Shown here piece by piece: positions 9,376-19,331 of a DNA stretch of 64,000 bases (positions are counted from its first letter, which is position 1; each line of letters starts with the position of its first letter). The notes beneath the pieces were generated by a model. That model was given only the letters and a program-made list of their open reading frames with translations, ran no database searches and was not told where the DNA came from. Made by a program: the position numbers and the translations under genes. The DNA lies in the NCBI GenBank assembly GCA_041662585.1, contig JBAZSG010000002.1, positions 81,525-145,524 of the forward strand. Direction: 5' to 3'. Source of the stretch: Patescibacteria group bacterium. GTDB taxonomy: Bacteria > Patescibacteriota > Patescibacteriia > UBA1558 > GWA2-36-10.

Positions 9376-10647
9376 ATGGCAACAAATAATATAGCAGCCG
9401 CTATAAAACAAATTGCTGAAGAAAAAAACTTGTCTATGGAAGCTATCATTGGAGCTATAGAAGCAGCTCTAGCAGCAGCTTACCGTAAAGAGTTTGGCAA
9501 TAAAAATCAAAATATCAAAGTAATCTTCAATGCTGACAATGGGCAAACAGCAGTTTTTGATGTAAAAACTGTAGTTGAAGATGTTGATTTGGAAGAAGAA
9601 GAACGTCTTGTTGAAGAACAAAGAGAAAAAAGAGAAGCTGGTGAAGAAATTGCTGAAGAAGATATTGTAAAAAGATTTAATCCTCGTAATGAAATTATGC
9701 TCTCTGAAGCCATCAAAGATAATGATGATTATAAAATTGGTGATATTATAGAAAATAAATTGGAAGTGCCAGAAGAATATGGTCGTATGGCTGCTCAAAC
9801 TGCCAAACAAGTGATTGTCCAAAGACTTCGTGAAGCTGAGCGTGACCATATCTTTAATGAATACAAAGATAAAGAAGGTGAGTTGGTACTTGGTACAATA
9901 CAGAGAAAAGAAGGTCGTAGATTTATTGTGGATTTGGGTAAAGCAAATGCTGTCCTGCCTATTGAAGAACAAATCCGAACTGAAAGATACAATATTGGTG
10001 CTAGATTAAATTTTTTTATTGTAGAAGTACATGTTGGCAATAAAGGTCCTGAGATCGTACTCTCTCGTACTCATCCTGATATTGTCAAAGAGCTTTTTGC
10101 TACCGAAGTACCTGAGATTGCAGCTGGAACCGTAGAAATAAAATCCATTGCTCGTGAAGCAGGCTCTCGTTCAAAAATTGCTGTAGTAGCCACTGAAGAT
10201 AATATTGATCCAGTGGGTTCTTGTGTTGGTCAACGCGGTTCTAGAGTACAGACTGTTATCAATGAACTGGGTGGAGAAAAAATTGATATTATAGAATGGA
10301 ATGAAGATATAAAGATATTTATTGCCCATGCTTTATCCCCAGCTGAAATAGAAAAAATTGAATTGGATGAAAAAAATAAAACTGCTTCCGTAAAAGTGGC
10401 TGATAACCAGTTGTCTCTAGCTATTGGTCGAGGTGGCCAAAATGTAAGATTGGCTGCAAAATTAACTACTTGGAAAATAGATATTGTTTCTTCTGAAACT
10501 GGCGATAAAATATCTGGAGACAAAGGTAATAATAAAGAAATATTAGAAAAAGAAGTAATTGTAAAAGATGAAGAGGAAAAACCAAAAAAGAAAACAAGTA
10601 AAAAAACTACCAAGTCTACTAAAAAAGACGAGAAAGTTAAAAAATAA
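9376..10647 (+). CDS. nusA: transcription termination/antitermination factor NusA
   Basis: 423 aa. N-terminal domain, S1 and tandem KH domains (VGSCVGQRGSRVQ, LAIGRGGQNVRLA), Lys-rich tail. TTGACT-17-TATTAT promoter at about 9259-9287. Confidence 0.9.
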   Translation: MATNNIAAAIKQIAEEKNLSMEAIIGAIEAALAAAYRKEFGNKNQNIKVIFNADNGQTAVFDVKTVVEDVDLEEEERLVEEQREKREAGEEIAEEDIVKRFNPRNEIMLSEAIKDNDDYKIGDIIENKLEVPEEYGRMAAQTAKQVIVQRLREAERDHIFNEYKDKEGELVLGTIQRKEGRRFIVDLGKANAVLPIEEQIRTERYNIGARLNFFIVEVHVGNKGPEIVLSRTHPDIVKELFATEVPEIAAGTVEIKSIAREAGSRSKIAVVATEDNIDPVGSCVGQRGSRVQTVINELGGEKIDIIEWNEDIKIFIAHALSPAEIEKIELDEKNKTASVKVADNQLSLAIGRGGQNVRLAAKLTTWKIDIVSSETGDKISGDKGNNKEILEKEVIVKDEEEKPKKKTSKKTTKSTKKDEKVKK

Positions 10648-10673
10648 ATTTATATTAATAACTTAAAAAAAAT

Positions 10674-12713
10674 ATGAACAATGTAATTCTTTTGGCTATT
10701 TTGGCCGCTGTAGCATCCATAATATTTGGAATAATATTAATTAAAAAAATCTTAAAAAATCCTAATGGTGACGATAAGATGAAAGAAATTGCCAAGGCTA
10801 TCCAAGTAGGAGCCAAAGCTTATCTTACTCGCCAATATAAAACCATTGCTTATCTAGCAATTGCCTTATTTATAATACTGGGATTTACTACTGACTGGCT
10901 GACAGCTTTGGCCTTTTTGATAGGAGCTGTCCTATCAGCTATGGCTGGCATCATTGGTATGAACATCTCTGTTCGCACCAATGTCCGTACTGCTGAAGCT
11001 GCTCGTAAAGGCATTCAAGCTGCTATGAATCTAGCTGTGCTTGGTGGTGCTGTTACTGGAATGCTGGTAGTGGGTTTGGCTCTACTTGGTGTCAGTCTAA
11101 TGTTTGCTCTACCATTTATAGAAATACATCACTTAATAGGTCTGGGTTTTGGAGGTAGTCTTATCTCTGTTTTTGCTCGCTTGGGCGGTGGTATTTTTAC
11201 CAAAGCAGCTGATGTTGGAGCTGACTTGGTAGGCAAAGTAGAAGCTGGTATTCCTGAAGATGACCCCAGAAACCCAGCTGTAATTGCTGATAATGTAGGT
11301 GACAATGTAGGCGATTGCGCTGGTATGGCTGCTGATTTATTTGAAACATACGCTGTTACTTTGGTAGCGGCAATGTTGCTCGGATCTCTTACTTTTGCTG
11401 GTAAAGAAAGTGCCGTATTATATCCTCTAGCTCTGGGTGCTGTAGCTATCCCTGTTTCTATTATTGGTTTATTTTTTGTAAAACTAGCTAAAAATAAAAG
11501 TGTAGAAGAAATTGCCAAAGGTGATTATATAATGAAGGCTTTATACAAAGGATTATTGGCTGCTGGTATTTTGGCGGCTGTAGCTTTTTATTTTGTGACT
11601 GACAAAATGATGTCTAATCTAGTAACTGAAAAAGCTATAAATATATATTGGGCAGCTTTGGTTGGATTGGTTGTAACGGCTTTTATTGTTTGGCTAACCG
11701 AATATTATACTTCTACAAAATATAAACCCGTGCGTTCAATTGCCAAAGCTTCTGAAACTGGTCATGGTACAAATATTATTCAAGGCTTGGCTATATCTAT
11801 GAAAGCAACTGCTTGGCCGGTACTAGTTATAGTGGCTGGTATTTTGGCTGCTTACTCTTTTGCTGGATTATATGGTATTGCTGTTGCTGCTATGAGCATG
11901 TTATCACTAGCTGGCATTATTGTGACTATTGATGCTTATGGACCTATTACTGATAATGCTGGTGGCATTGCCGAAATGGCCAATATGCCAGAAGAGGTCC
12001 GAAATATTACTGACCCACTAGATGCTGTGGGTAATACCACCAAAGCTGTAACCAAGGGATATGCCATTGCTTCAGCTGGACTAGCCGCCTTAGTACTGTT
12101 TGCAGCCTATACTGAAGAATTGTCTCAAAAGGGAATTAGTCTAGCCTTTAAATTGGATGATCCCTATGTCTTGGCTGGATTATTTATTGGTGGATTATTA
12201 CCATATATATTTGGTGCACTGTCTATGGAAGCTGTTGGTAAGACTGCTGGCTACATTGTTCAAGAAGTTCGTCAACAATTTAAAGATCATCCTGGTATTA
12301 TGGATGGTAGCGAAAAACCAAACTACAGTTCTGCTGTAGATATAGTAACCAAAGGAGCTTTAAAACAAATGATAGCGCCTGCTCTTATACCTGTGCTTGT
12401 CCCTATTTTGATTGTCATTGTTTTTAGAGGAGACAATGGTTGGTTGGTCCTAGGTGGTACCTTAGTAGGTAGTATCGTCACTGGAATATTTATGGCAATA
12501 TCCATGACTTCTGGTGGTGGTGCTTGGGATAACGCCAAAAAATATATTGAAAGTGGTCATCATGGTGGTAAAAATAGTGAAGCTCACAAAGCTGCTGTCA
12601 CTGGTGATACAGTGGGTGATCCTTACAAAGACACTGCTGGCCCAGCCATCAATCCAATGATTAAAATTTTAAATGTGGTAGCATTACTTTTAATTGCTGT
12701 CCTAATCGCCTAA
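10674..12713 (+). CDS. hppA: membrane-bound proton/sodium-translocating pyrophosphatase
   Basis: 679 aa, about 16 TM helices, signature [18 protein letters not shown] and C-terminal [17 protein letters not shown]. Confidence 0.92.
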   Translation: MNNVILLAILAAVASIIFGIILIKKILKNPNGDDKMKEIAKAIQVGAKAYLTRQYKTIAYLAIALFIILGFTTDWLTALAFLIGAVLSAMAGIIGMNISVRTNVRTAEAARKGIQAAMNLAVLGGAVTGMLVVGLALLGVSLMFALPFIEIHHLIGLGFGGSLISVFARLGGGIFTKAADVGADLVGKVEAGIPEDDPRNPAVIADNVGDNVGDCAGMAADLFETYAVTLVAAMLLGSLTFAGKESAVLYPLALGAVAIPVSIIGLFFVKLAKNKSVEEIAKGDYIMKALYKGLLAAGILAAVAFYFVTDKMMSNLVTEKAINIYWAALVGLVVTAFIVWLTEYYTSTKYKPVRSIAKASETGHGTNIIQGLAISMKATAWPVLVIVAGILAAYSFAGLYGIAVAAMSMLSLAGIIVTIDAYGPITDNAGGIAEMANMPEEVRNITDPLDAVGNTTKAVTKGYAIASAGLAALVLFAAYTEELSQKGISLAFKLDDPYVLAGLFIGGLLPYIFGALSMEAVGKTAGYIVQEVRQQFKDHPGIMDGSEKPNYSSAVDIVTKGALKQMIAPALIPVLVPILIVIVFRGDNGWLVLGGTLVGSIVTGIFMAISMTSGGGAWDNAKKYIESGHHGGKNSEAHKAAVTGDTVGDPYKDTAGPAINPMIKILNVVALLLIAVLIA

Positions 12714-12719
12714 AGAATT

Positions 12720-14000
12720 ATGCAAATTACTAAAAAAAATTTAGCTAAAAATCAAGTAGAACTAGCTATAGAAGTAAGTCTTGAAGAAATGAAGCCCTTT
12801 TTAGAAAAAGCTGCTTCTAAAATGAGCCAACGCACCAAATTGCCAGGTTTTAGACCAGGCAAAGCTCCTTATGAATTAGTAAAAAATAAATTTGGAGAAA
12901 TGGCTATTTATCAAGAAGCTCTTGATATGATTGTCAGTGATTCATTTTACAAAACTATAACTAGTGAAAAAATTGAAAGTATTGGACAACCGGAAATCAA
13001 AGTTGAAAAAATAGCTCCCGGTAATCCTCTATCATACATTGCTATAGTGTCTCTGCTACCAAAAGTCACTCTTGGAAATTGGGAGACGCTAGAAATAAAA
13101 AAAAGATCAGTCAAAGCTAGTGAAGAGGATATAAATAAAACTCTGGAACAATTACAAAATATGCAAGTTAAAGAAAGTGTGGTTGATAGAGCTGCGAAAA
13201 AGGGAGATAAAGCCGAAGTTGACTTTGAGGTTTTTATTGATAAAGTAATAATTGAAGGTGGTAAAAATACCAAATATCCTTTGGTCCTAGGTGAAGGAAG
13301 AATGATTCCTGGATTTGAAGATCAAATCATTGGTATGAAAAAAGATGAAGCCAAAGAATTCGAATTGACTTTTCCTAAAGAATATTTTCAAAAAAATCTA
13401 GCCGGCAAACTTGCTACTTTCAAAGTAAAACTAATCAATGTCTATGAAAGACTCTTGCCAAAACTAGATGATGAATTGGCCAAAGGCATTGGTATGGAAA
13501 ATATGGCAAAACTGAAAGAACAATTGACTCAAAATATCAGCCAAGATAAAGAAATCAAAGAAAAACAAAGAGTTGAAAGTGAGGCTATTGAAGCTATTGT
13601 CAAACAAGCCAAAATTGAAGATATTCCTGAAAATCTAATTGCTAGTGAAATTCATAAAATGTCTCATGAGCTAGAACATGGTATTGGTCAGCAAGGTATG
13701 GATATGGCTGGTTATCTCAAATCAATCAATAAAACCCAAGAGGATCTAAAAAAAGATTTTCGTCCTCAAGCAGAACAGAGAATACAAGCTGCTTTGGTGA
13801 TGCGTCAAATTGGACAAGATGAAAAAATAAAAATTGATGATCAGCAGGTTGATGAAGAAATCAAAAAACAAAAAGAAATGCATAAAGACAATAAAGAGGC
13901 TCTCCAAAATATAGCTCATCCTGGTTATCGTCAACACTTGACCAATATTATGATTAATCAAAAAATAGTAGATTTAATAGCTAGTAAAATTATAAAATAA
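12720..14000 (+). CDS. tig: trigger factor
   Basis: 426 aa. N-terminal ribosome-binding GFRPGKAP motif, FKBP-type PPIase middle domain. Confidence 0.9.
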   Translation: MQITKKNLAKNQVELAIEVSLEEMKPFLEKAASKMSQRTKLPGFRPGKAPYELVKNKFGEMAIYQEALDMIVSDSFYKTITSEKIESIGQPEIKVEKIAPGNPLSYIAIVSLLPKVTLGNWETLEIKKRSVKASEEDINKTLEQLQNMQVKESVVDRAAKKGDKAEVDFEVFIDKVIIEGGKNTKYPLVLGEGRMIPGFEDQIIGMKKDEAKEFELTFPKEYFQKNLAGKLATFKVKLINVYERLLPKLDDELAKGIGMENMAKLKEQLTQNISQDKEIKEKQRVESEAIEAIVKQAKIEDIPENLIASEIHKMSHELEHGIGQQGMDMAGYLKSINKTQEDLKKDFRPQAEQRIQAALVMRQIGQDEKIKIDDQQVDEEIKKQKEMHKDNKEALQNIAHPGYRQHLTNIMINQKIVDLIASKIIK

Positions 14001-14009
14001 TCATTAAAA

Positions 14010-14033
14010 CTCTCACGCTGTGAGGGTTTTTTT
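14010..14033 (+). terminator. intrinsic terminator after tig
   Basis: CTCTCAC-GCT-GTGAGGG stem followed by TTTTTTT. Confidence 0.7.
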
Positions 14034-14043
14034 ATTAGCAAAA

Positions 14044-14129
14044 AATTATGCTATAATAAACACATTATTTTATAAACAAAATAAAAAACTATAGCAAAAA
14101 TAATACTAAAATATGCTATAATAAAACAT
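14044..14129 (+). promoter_or_regulatory. two tandem TATGCTATAATAAA extended -10 elements, the second ending 7 nt before the ATG at 14130 (candidate leaderless promoter)
   Basis: Direct repeat at 14047-14060 and 14113-14126, read in sequence. No SD between the -10 and the ATG. Confidence 0.4.
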
Positions 14130-14918
14130 ATGTATAAAAAAGAATTACAAGTTACACAACAAGCTGCCAAACAGGCCGGTAAATTTCTTAAAAAGGAATT
14201 TTTTACTTGGAAAAAAAAGAATTTACATTACAAAATACACAATGAAAGAGTAACTTGGTGTGATAAACAATCTGAAACTATAATATTTAAAATACTTAAA
14301 AAATATTTTCCTGATTATGCTATTCTTTCTGAAGAAAGTGGTAGACAAGACAAACCTAGCGACTATACTTGGATAATAGATCCATTGGACGGTACTACCA
14401 ATTTTACTATTCACCATAGCATGTTTGCTGTAGCTATCGCTCTCTTGTATAAAAACGAAATTGTTTTGGGTGTAATATATGATCCGATATTAGATGAAAT
14501 GTATTATGCTAGTAAAGGTGCTGGTGCCTTCAAAAATAACCAAGCTTTGCAATTATCTGACACCACAACGCTACAAGATTCTGTAATCACTTATTGTCAT
14601 GGTTCTGGTAAAGCCCATACCAAAAAAGCGTATAAACTCTATAAGCGATTTCATGATATCTGTCACCATTGTAGACACTTTGGAGTTACTAGTCTAGAAC
14701 TAGCCATGATCGCTGGTGGCAAAACTGAAGCACATCTTATATCAGGAGCAAAACTTTGGGATGTGGCAGCTGGTATTATGATAATCAAAGAAGCTGGCGG
14801 TATAGTGACAGATTGGCAAAATAAAAATTGGCACATAAAATCAAAAACTATTTTAGCGGCCAATAAAAAAATACATACTCTTTGTCTGGCCGAGTTAAAA
14901 AAAATAAAGCTTGCCTAA
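14130..14918 (+). CDS. inositol monophosphatase family protein (SuhB/IMPase-like)
   Basis: 262 aa. WIIDPLDGTTNF and later WDVAAG motifs. Confidence 0.8.
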   Translation: MYKKELQVTQQAAKQAGKFLKKEFFTWKKKNLHYKIHNERVTWCDKQSETIIFKILKKYFPDYAILSEESGRQDKPSDYTWIIDPLDGTTNFTIHHSMFAVAIALLYKNEIVLGVIYDPILDEMYYASKGAGAFKNNQALQLSDTTTLQDSVITYCHGSGKAHTKKAYKLYKRFHDICHHCRHFGVTSLELAMIAGGKTEAHLISGAKLWDVAAGIMIIKEAGGIVTDWQNKNWHIKSKTILAANKKIHTLCLAELKKIKLA

Positions 14919-14949
14919 AATAAGATATTTTGCTAAATTATTATCTTCA

Positions 14950-15023
<74 letters not shown>

Positions 15024-15092
15024 TTATAAGAATAAAAAAGGTTACCCTGTAATGGGTGGCCTCCACCCTTTGTTCCTCGCTAATGCTCGGAG

Positions 15093-15209
15093 CTACGGGT
15101 GGCAAGCCAATTATATAGCATCGTCTCAAGTAGACGATTTTTTTAATATACAAAAAAACAGCTCAAAAGCTGAATCTATATTAACAAAAGTTGGCCTGCC
15201 ACCCGTAGC
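15093..15209. repeat. 19-bp inverted repeat (CTACGGGTGGCAAGCCAAT / GTTGGCCTGCCACCCGTAG, 17/19 match) flanking about 80 bp that contains a terminator hairpin. Further GGGTGG/CCACCC hairpins at 15057-15071 and 15197-15227.
   Basis: Seen by eye between tRNA-Cys and tRNA-Leu. Confidence 0.45.
15120..15145 (+). terminator. intrinsic terminator (ATCGTCT-CAAGT-AGACGAT + TTTTTTT)
   Basis: 7-bp stem plus 7 T, downstream of suhB-like gene and tRNA-Cys. Confidence 0.5.
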
Positions 15210-15225
15210 CCCTAGGGCGAAGGGT

Positions 15226-15311
15226 GGTACCGGCGATCGGACTTGAACCGATACGGCATTGCTGCCACAGGATTTTAAGTCCTGCGTGTCTACCAATTTC
15301 ACCACGCCGGC
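15226..15311 (-). tRNA. tRNA-Leu (anticodon UAA), long variable arm
   Basis: Reverse complement: GCCGGCG acceptor, anticodon loop CTTAAAA, long variable arm, GGTTCAAGTCC T-arm, encoded CCA. Confidence 0.75.
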
Positions 15312-15344
15312 ACAATATTAAATATAATCAAATTGTGATAAAAA

Positions 15345-15421
15345 TGGAGCGGGCGACCGGGCTCGAACCGGCGACCTTTTCCTTGGCAAGGAAATGTTCT
15401 AGCCAACTGAACTACGCCCGC
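15345..15421 (-). tRNA. tRNA-Gly (anticodon GCC)
   Basis: Reverse complement: GCGGGCG acceptor, anticodon loop TTGCCAA, T-loop TTCGAGC, CCA. Confidence 0.8.
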
Positions 15422-15438
15422 TCATTTAATAATTCTAT

Positions 15439-15511
15439 ACGAGTGATCCCGCAAAGCGGGACGACCTTTTCCTTGGCAAGGAAATGTTCTAGCCAACTGA
15501 ACTACACTCGC
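15439..15511 (-). pseudogene. tRNA-Gly(GCC)-like second copy with non-canonical T-loop (GCTTTGC), a G1-U72 wobble pair and no encoded CCA; probably a degenerate or pseudo tRNA
   Basis: A 43-bp stretch (15463-15505) is identical to 15372-15414 of the tRNA-Gly (D-arm through variable loop). The T-arm is replaced by GTCCC-GCTTTGC-GGGAT. Confidence 0.4.
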
Positions 15512-15616
15512 TTAAAACACAAGTATTATACAATAAATGCTCATAAAGTCAAGAAAGTTAAGACTTGGTATTAGCCTCTAAAAATGCTATCATAAACTAA
15601 AGAATATTAGATAAAT

Positions 15617-18349
15617 ATGGCTCAAAAATTCAAAAAATTGGTAATTATAGATAGTAATGCTCTGCTCCATCGGGCTTGGCATGCTATACCTCCTCTCAAG
15701 CTAAAAGACGGCACAATGGTCAATGCTGTTTATGGTTACACTTCATTGCTTTTAAACATCCTCAAAGAACTAACACCAGAATATATTATTGCTGCCTTTG
15801 ACTTGGCTGGCAAGACTTTTCGTCATGATCAATATACCGAATATAAAGCCACTCGTGTAAAACAAGCTGATGAATTTTATACTCAATTTCCATTGGCCAA
15901 AGATGTGCTAAAAGCTTTTAATATTCCTATATTTACCAAAGATGGCTATGAGGCCGATGACATCATAGGGACTATCAGTAAAGAAGCCTACAATAAATAT
16001 AAAGATTTAGAAATAATCATCATTACTGGAGACCTAGATGCCCTACAACTAGTAAACGACCGTATCAAAGTATTGACTCTCAAAAGAGGTTTTCATGATA
16101 CATTTACCTATGATGAGGCAGCTGTCCAAGAGCGCTATGGACTAAAACCAAGTCAGCTCATAGATCTCAAGGCAATCCAAGGCGACTCTTCTGATAATAT
16201 CAAAGGTGTCAAAGGCATAGGGGCTAAAGGGGCTACTGATTTGATAAAAGAATTTGGTTCTTTAGATAATTTGTATAAAAAAATAGATAAAGCCGAACTC
16301 AAAGAAAGAACAAGACAACTTTTACTTGATCAAAAACAGGCTGCTTATGAAAGTCAAAGTTTGGTAACCATTGTCCAAGATGTCCCTTTGGATTGGAATC
16401 TAGAAGCTGCAAAATTTTCTGAATTTGATAGTGAAGATGTCTATAAAATATTTCAAAAATTAGAATTTAATTCCCTACTCAACAAAATACCAAGTCACAA
16501 AACAACTGTAAACAATGACCATAATACTTTTATCAAACATCAAGATTGTTCTTATACAAACATCCAAGATATTACTGCTTTTGAAAAATTTTATACTATT
16601 TTAAAATCTCAACCAATATTTGCTTTTGATACCGAAACAAGTGGTCTAGATATTTTAACAGAAAAAATCTTGGGCATTTCTTTTTCCTGGCAAGCCAAAA
16701 TTGCTTATTATATAGATCTGCGTGATCCAAAATTTGCTGAAAAAGTCTTGGACAAATTAAAAACAATTTTTGCCGATGATAAAATTGCCAAAATTGGTCA
16801 TAATATAAAATTTGATTATAAAGTATTAAAAATCTTGGGTATTAACTTACAAGGAATTGTTTTTGATACTCTAGTGGCTGCCTATCTAATAAACTATAAT
16901 CGTGGCCTAAAATTAGAAGAGTTGGCCTTTTCATATCTTGGCTATAAAAAACTAAAGCTAGAAGACTTGCTTGATGAAAAAACAAACAAAAAAGACACTG
17001 TAGATGTTTTAAGTATTGATTCGACTAGACTAGCTTGGTATGGAGCCGAAGACGCTGATATTACTTTTAGACTATATAAAAAACTATACCCACTGATCAA
17101 AGACAGTAAAAATCTAGAGCTATTACAAAAGATAGAAATACCTTTGATACCTGTGCTGGCTGATATGGAACTAGATGGCATATCCTTGGACAACAAATTT
17201 TTAGCCAAAATGGAAGTAGATTTAAAAAAAGAATTGGAAAATTTGACCAAGCAAATACACAAATTGGCTGGCTCTGAATTTAATATTGCCTCTCCAGCGC
17301 AATTAAAAAAAATATTATTTGAAGATTTGAAAATTAGCACTCAGGGTATCAAAAAAACCAAAACCGGTATTTCTAGCGCTGCCGCTGAATTAGAAAAAAT
17401 GAAAGATGCTCATCCTATCATTCCACTGATTGTAGACTTCCGAGAACTAAGCAAACTTCAATCAACTTATGTTTCTGCCTTACCAGAACTAGTCAGCAAC
17501 AAAACAAAAAGATTACATACTAGCTTCAATCAAACCGTGACTGCCACCGGCCGGCTATCTTCCTCTAATCCAAATTTACAAAATATTCCTATCCGTAGTG
17601 AACTGGGCAAAAAAATACGTCAAGCCTTTGTAGTCCCAAAAGATTACATTTTACTGTCAGCTGATTATTCACAAATTGAATTGCGCATAGTGGCCTCTCT
17701 GTCTAATGATCCAAAAATGATCGCTACCTTTAAAAAAGGTGAAGATATCCATGCTCGTACAGCAGCTGAAATACACAAAATACCTCTTGATAAAGTAAGT
17801 AAAGATATTCGTCGGACTGCCAAAGAAATAAATTTTGGTATTTTGTATGGACTGGGCTCACTAGGCCTATCACAGAGAACTGATCTAAATAGAAATGAAG
17901 CAAAAGAATTTATAGATCGTTACTTTGATATTTATAAAAAAATAAAACAATATTTAGATTATACCAAAGACTTTGCTCATAAACATGGTTATAGTCAAAC
18001 CATCTTTGGTAGACGTCGCTATTTACCAGATATAAATTCTTCTATGCCCATGCTCCGAGCCGCTGCCGAACGTATGGCTATCAATATGCCAGTTCAAGGC
18101 ACGGCTGCTGACCTACTAAAAATAGCCATGATTCGTCTTTATCGCGACTTGCCAAAAATATCCCAGCGCTCTAAAATACTCCTACAAGTTCATGATGAAC
18201 TAGTCCTTGAAGTACCAATAAGTGATTTAAAAAAAGTAGCCAAATTTGTAAAAACAACAATGGAAAGTGCTTATAAATTGGCGGTCCCCTTAACTGTTGA
18301 TATAGAGGTTGGTAAAAATTGGGGTAAATTAGAAAGTTATAAAATATAA
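15617..18349 (+). CDS. polA: DNA polymerase I
   Basis: 910 aa. 5'-3' exonuclease N-terminus, 3'-5' exo-like domain (FDTETSGLD), family A polymerase motifs (RRTAKEINFGILYG, QVHDELVLE). Confidence 0.95.
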   Translation: MAQKFKKLVIIDSNALLHRAWHAIPPLKLKDGTMVNAVYGYTSLLLNILKELTPEYIIAAFDLAGKTFRHDQYTEYKATRVKQADEFYTQFPLAKDVLKAFNIPIFTKDGYEADDIIGTISKEAYNKYKDLEIIIITGDLDALQLVNDRIKVLTLKRGFHDTFTYDEAAVQERYGLKPSQLIDLKAIQGDSSDNIKGVKGIGAKGATDLIKEFGSLDNLYKKIDKAELKERTRQLLLDQKQAAYESQSLVTIVQDVPLDWNLEAAKFSEFDSEDVYKIFQKLEFNSLLNKIPSHKTTVNNDHNTFIKHQDCSYTNIQDITAFEKFYTILKSQPIFAFDTETSGLDILTEKILGISFSWQAKIAYYIDLRDPKFAEKVLDKLKTIFADDKIAKIGHNIKFDYKVLKILGINLQGIVFDTLVAAYLINYNRGLKLEELAFSYLGYKKLKLEDLLDEKTNKKDTVDVLSIDSTRLAWYGAEDADITFRLYKKLYPLIKDSKNLELLQKIEIPLIPVLADMELDGISLDNKFLAKMEVDLKKELENLTKQIHKLAGSEFNIASPAQLKKILFEDLKISTQGIKKTKTGISSAAAELEKMKDAHPIIPLIVDFRELSKLQSTYVSALPELVSNKTKRLHTSFNQTVTATGRLSSSNPNLQNIPIRSELGKKIRQAFVVPKDYILLSADYSQIELRIVASLSNDPKMIATFKKGEDIHARTAAEIHKIPLDKVSKDIRRTAKEINFGILYGLGSLGLSQRTDLNRNEAKEFIDRYFDIYKKIKQYLDYTKDFAHKHGYSQTIFGRRRYLPDINSSMPMLRAAAERMAINMPVQGTAADLLKIAMIRLYRDLPKISQRSKILLQVHDELVLEVPISDLKKVAKFVKTTMESAYKLAVPLTVDIEVGKNWGKLESYKI

Positions 18350-19300
18350 ATGCTATTTTTTTACTACGGCCAAGATTCTTTTAGAGCTAGTCAAAAGATC
18401 GAGGCTATAAAAACCAAATTTAAAGAAAAGATTGATCCTGGTGGACACAATATCCAAAGTCTTGATGGTGAGACCATGAGTCCTGATGACTTTTTCCAAG
18501 CAGTATCTGTCATGGGTTTTTTGGCTGACAAAAAATTGATAATAGTAAAAAATATTTTTGATAATAAAAAACTAAAAGACTGGCAAGATTCTTTGATAAA
18601 ATTTTTGGATTCTCAGGGAGATACTCCTGAAGAAAATTATATAATCTTTTTTCAAAACAACAAACCTGATAGTCGTCTCAAGTTATACAAAAGATTATCT
18701 AGACTAAAATTTAGTGAAGAGTTTGATCCTCTTAGTTATGGACAACTCCAAACTTGGGTTAAAAATAAATTTTCCAAACATGACAAGTCTATTTCTGCGC
18801 CTGCCTTGGATCTTTTGATTTCCTATCTAGGCAGTGATCTGTGGCAAATAAATAATGAAATAAACAAACTAGTTAGTTTTGCCAAAGATGACATAAATGA
18901 AGAAGATGTCAGGTCGCTGGTCCAGGCTAATATAGATGAAAATATTTTTAAACTTATAGATGCTATCGGTGACAAAGATAAGGCGCTAGCCTTAAAACTT
19001 ATTGAAGAAAAACTAGACAATGGTGTAAACCATCAATATATACTCACTATGATTATCCGTCAGTATAGGCTACTGATAAAAGCCAAATCTCTGGGCGATA
19101 AAGCCAAAAATTATTTTGCCCTGATGCAAGTACTAAAAGTACCAAAGTTTATAGCCCAAAAGACTTATCAACAAAGCCAAATGTATAGCCTAGAGCAACT
19201 AAAAAAAATATATAAATATCTACTCTACCTTGATGAAAAGTTTAAATCTAGCTCTGGACAAGAAAAAGTATTATTTGCCAAAATGATTAACGAATTATAA
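18350..19300 (+). CDS. holA: DNA polymerase III delta subunit
   Basis: 316 aa. Starts MLFFYYGQDSF, typical of the HolA N-terminus. Start ATG abuts the polA stop (TAAATG). Confidence 0.7.
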   Translation: MLFFYYGQDSFRASQKIEAIKTKFKEKIDPGGHNIQSLDGETMSPDDFFQAVSVMGFLADKKLIIVKNIFDNKKLKDWQDSLIKFLDSQGDTPEENYIIFFQNNKPDSRLKLYKRLSRLKFSEEFDPLSYGQLQTWVKNKFSKHDKSISAPALDLLISYLGSDLWQINNEINKLVSFAKDDINEEDVRSLVQANIDENIFKLIDAIGDKDKALALKLIEEKLDNGVNHQYILTMIIRQYRLLIKAKSLGDKAKNYFALMQVLKVPKFIAQKTYQQSQMYSLEQLKKIYKYLLYLDEKFKSSSGQEKVLFAKMINEL

Positions 19301-19301
19301 A

Positions 19302-19327
19302 ATCCAGCTAACGAGCTGGATTTTTTA
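19302..19327. terminator. intrinsic terminator (ATCCAGC-TAACGA-GCTGGAT + TTTTTT), between convergent holA and the alkylation-repair gene
   Basis: Perfect 7-bp stem with a T-run on the + strand. Confidence 0.7.
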
Positions 19328-19331
19328 TTAT

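Noticed and set aside
9469-10613. Several minus-strand ORFs (167, 81, 69, 127 aa) inside nusA
   Set aside because: Antisense to a well-conserved gene. Ser/Phe-rich low-complexity translations typical of AT-rich antisense frames. The same reasoning applies to other short antisense ORFs in the track (e.g. inside hppA, polA, rpoB, rpoC, ftsK, the PBP gene and glgA).
15224-15574. Provided + strand ORF (116 aa) with an internally repeated peptide
   Set aside because: Lies entirely over tRNA-Leu, tRNA-Gly and the degenerate tRNA-Gly copy on the opposite strand. The repeated peptide is just the translated 43-bp tRNA duplication.
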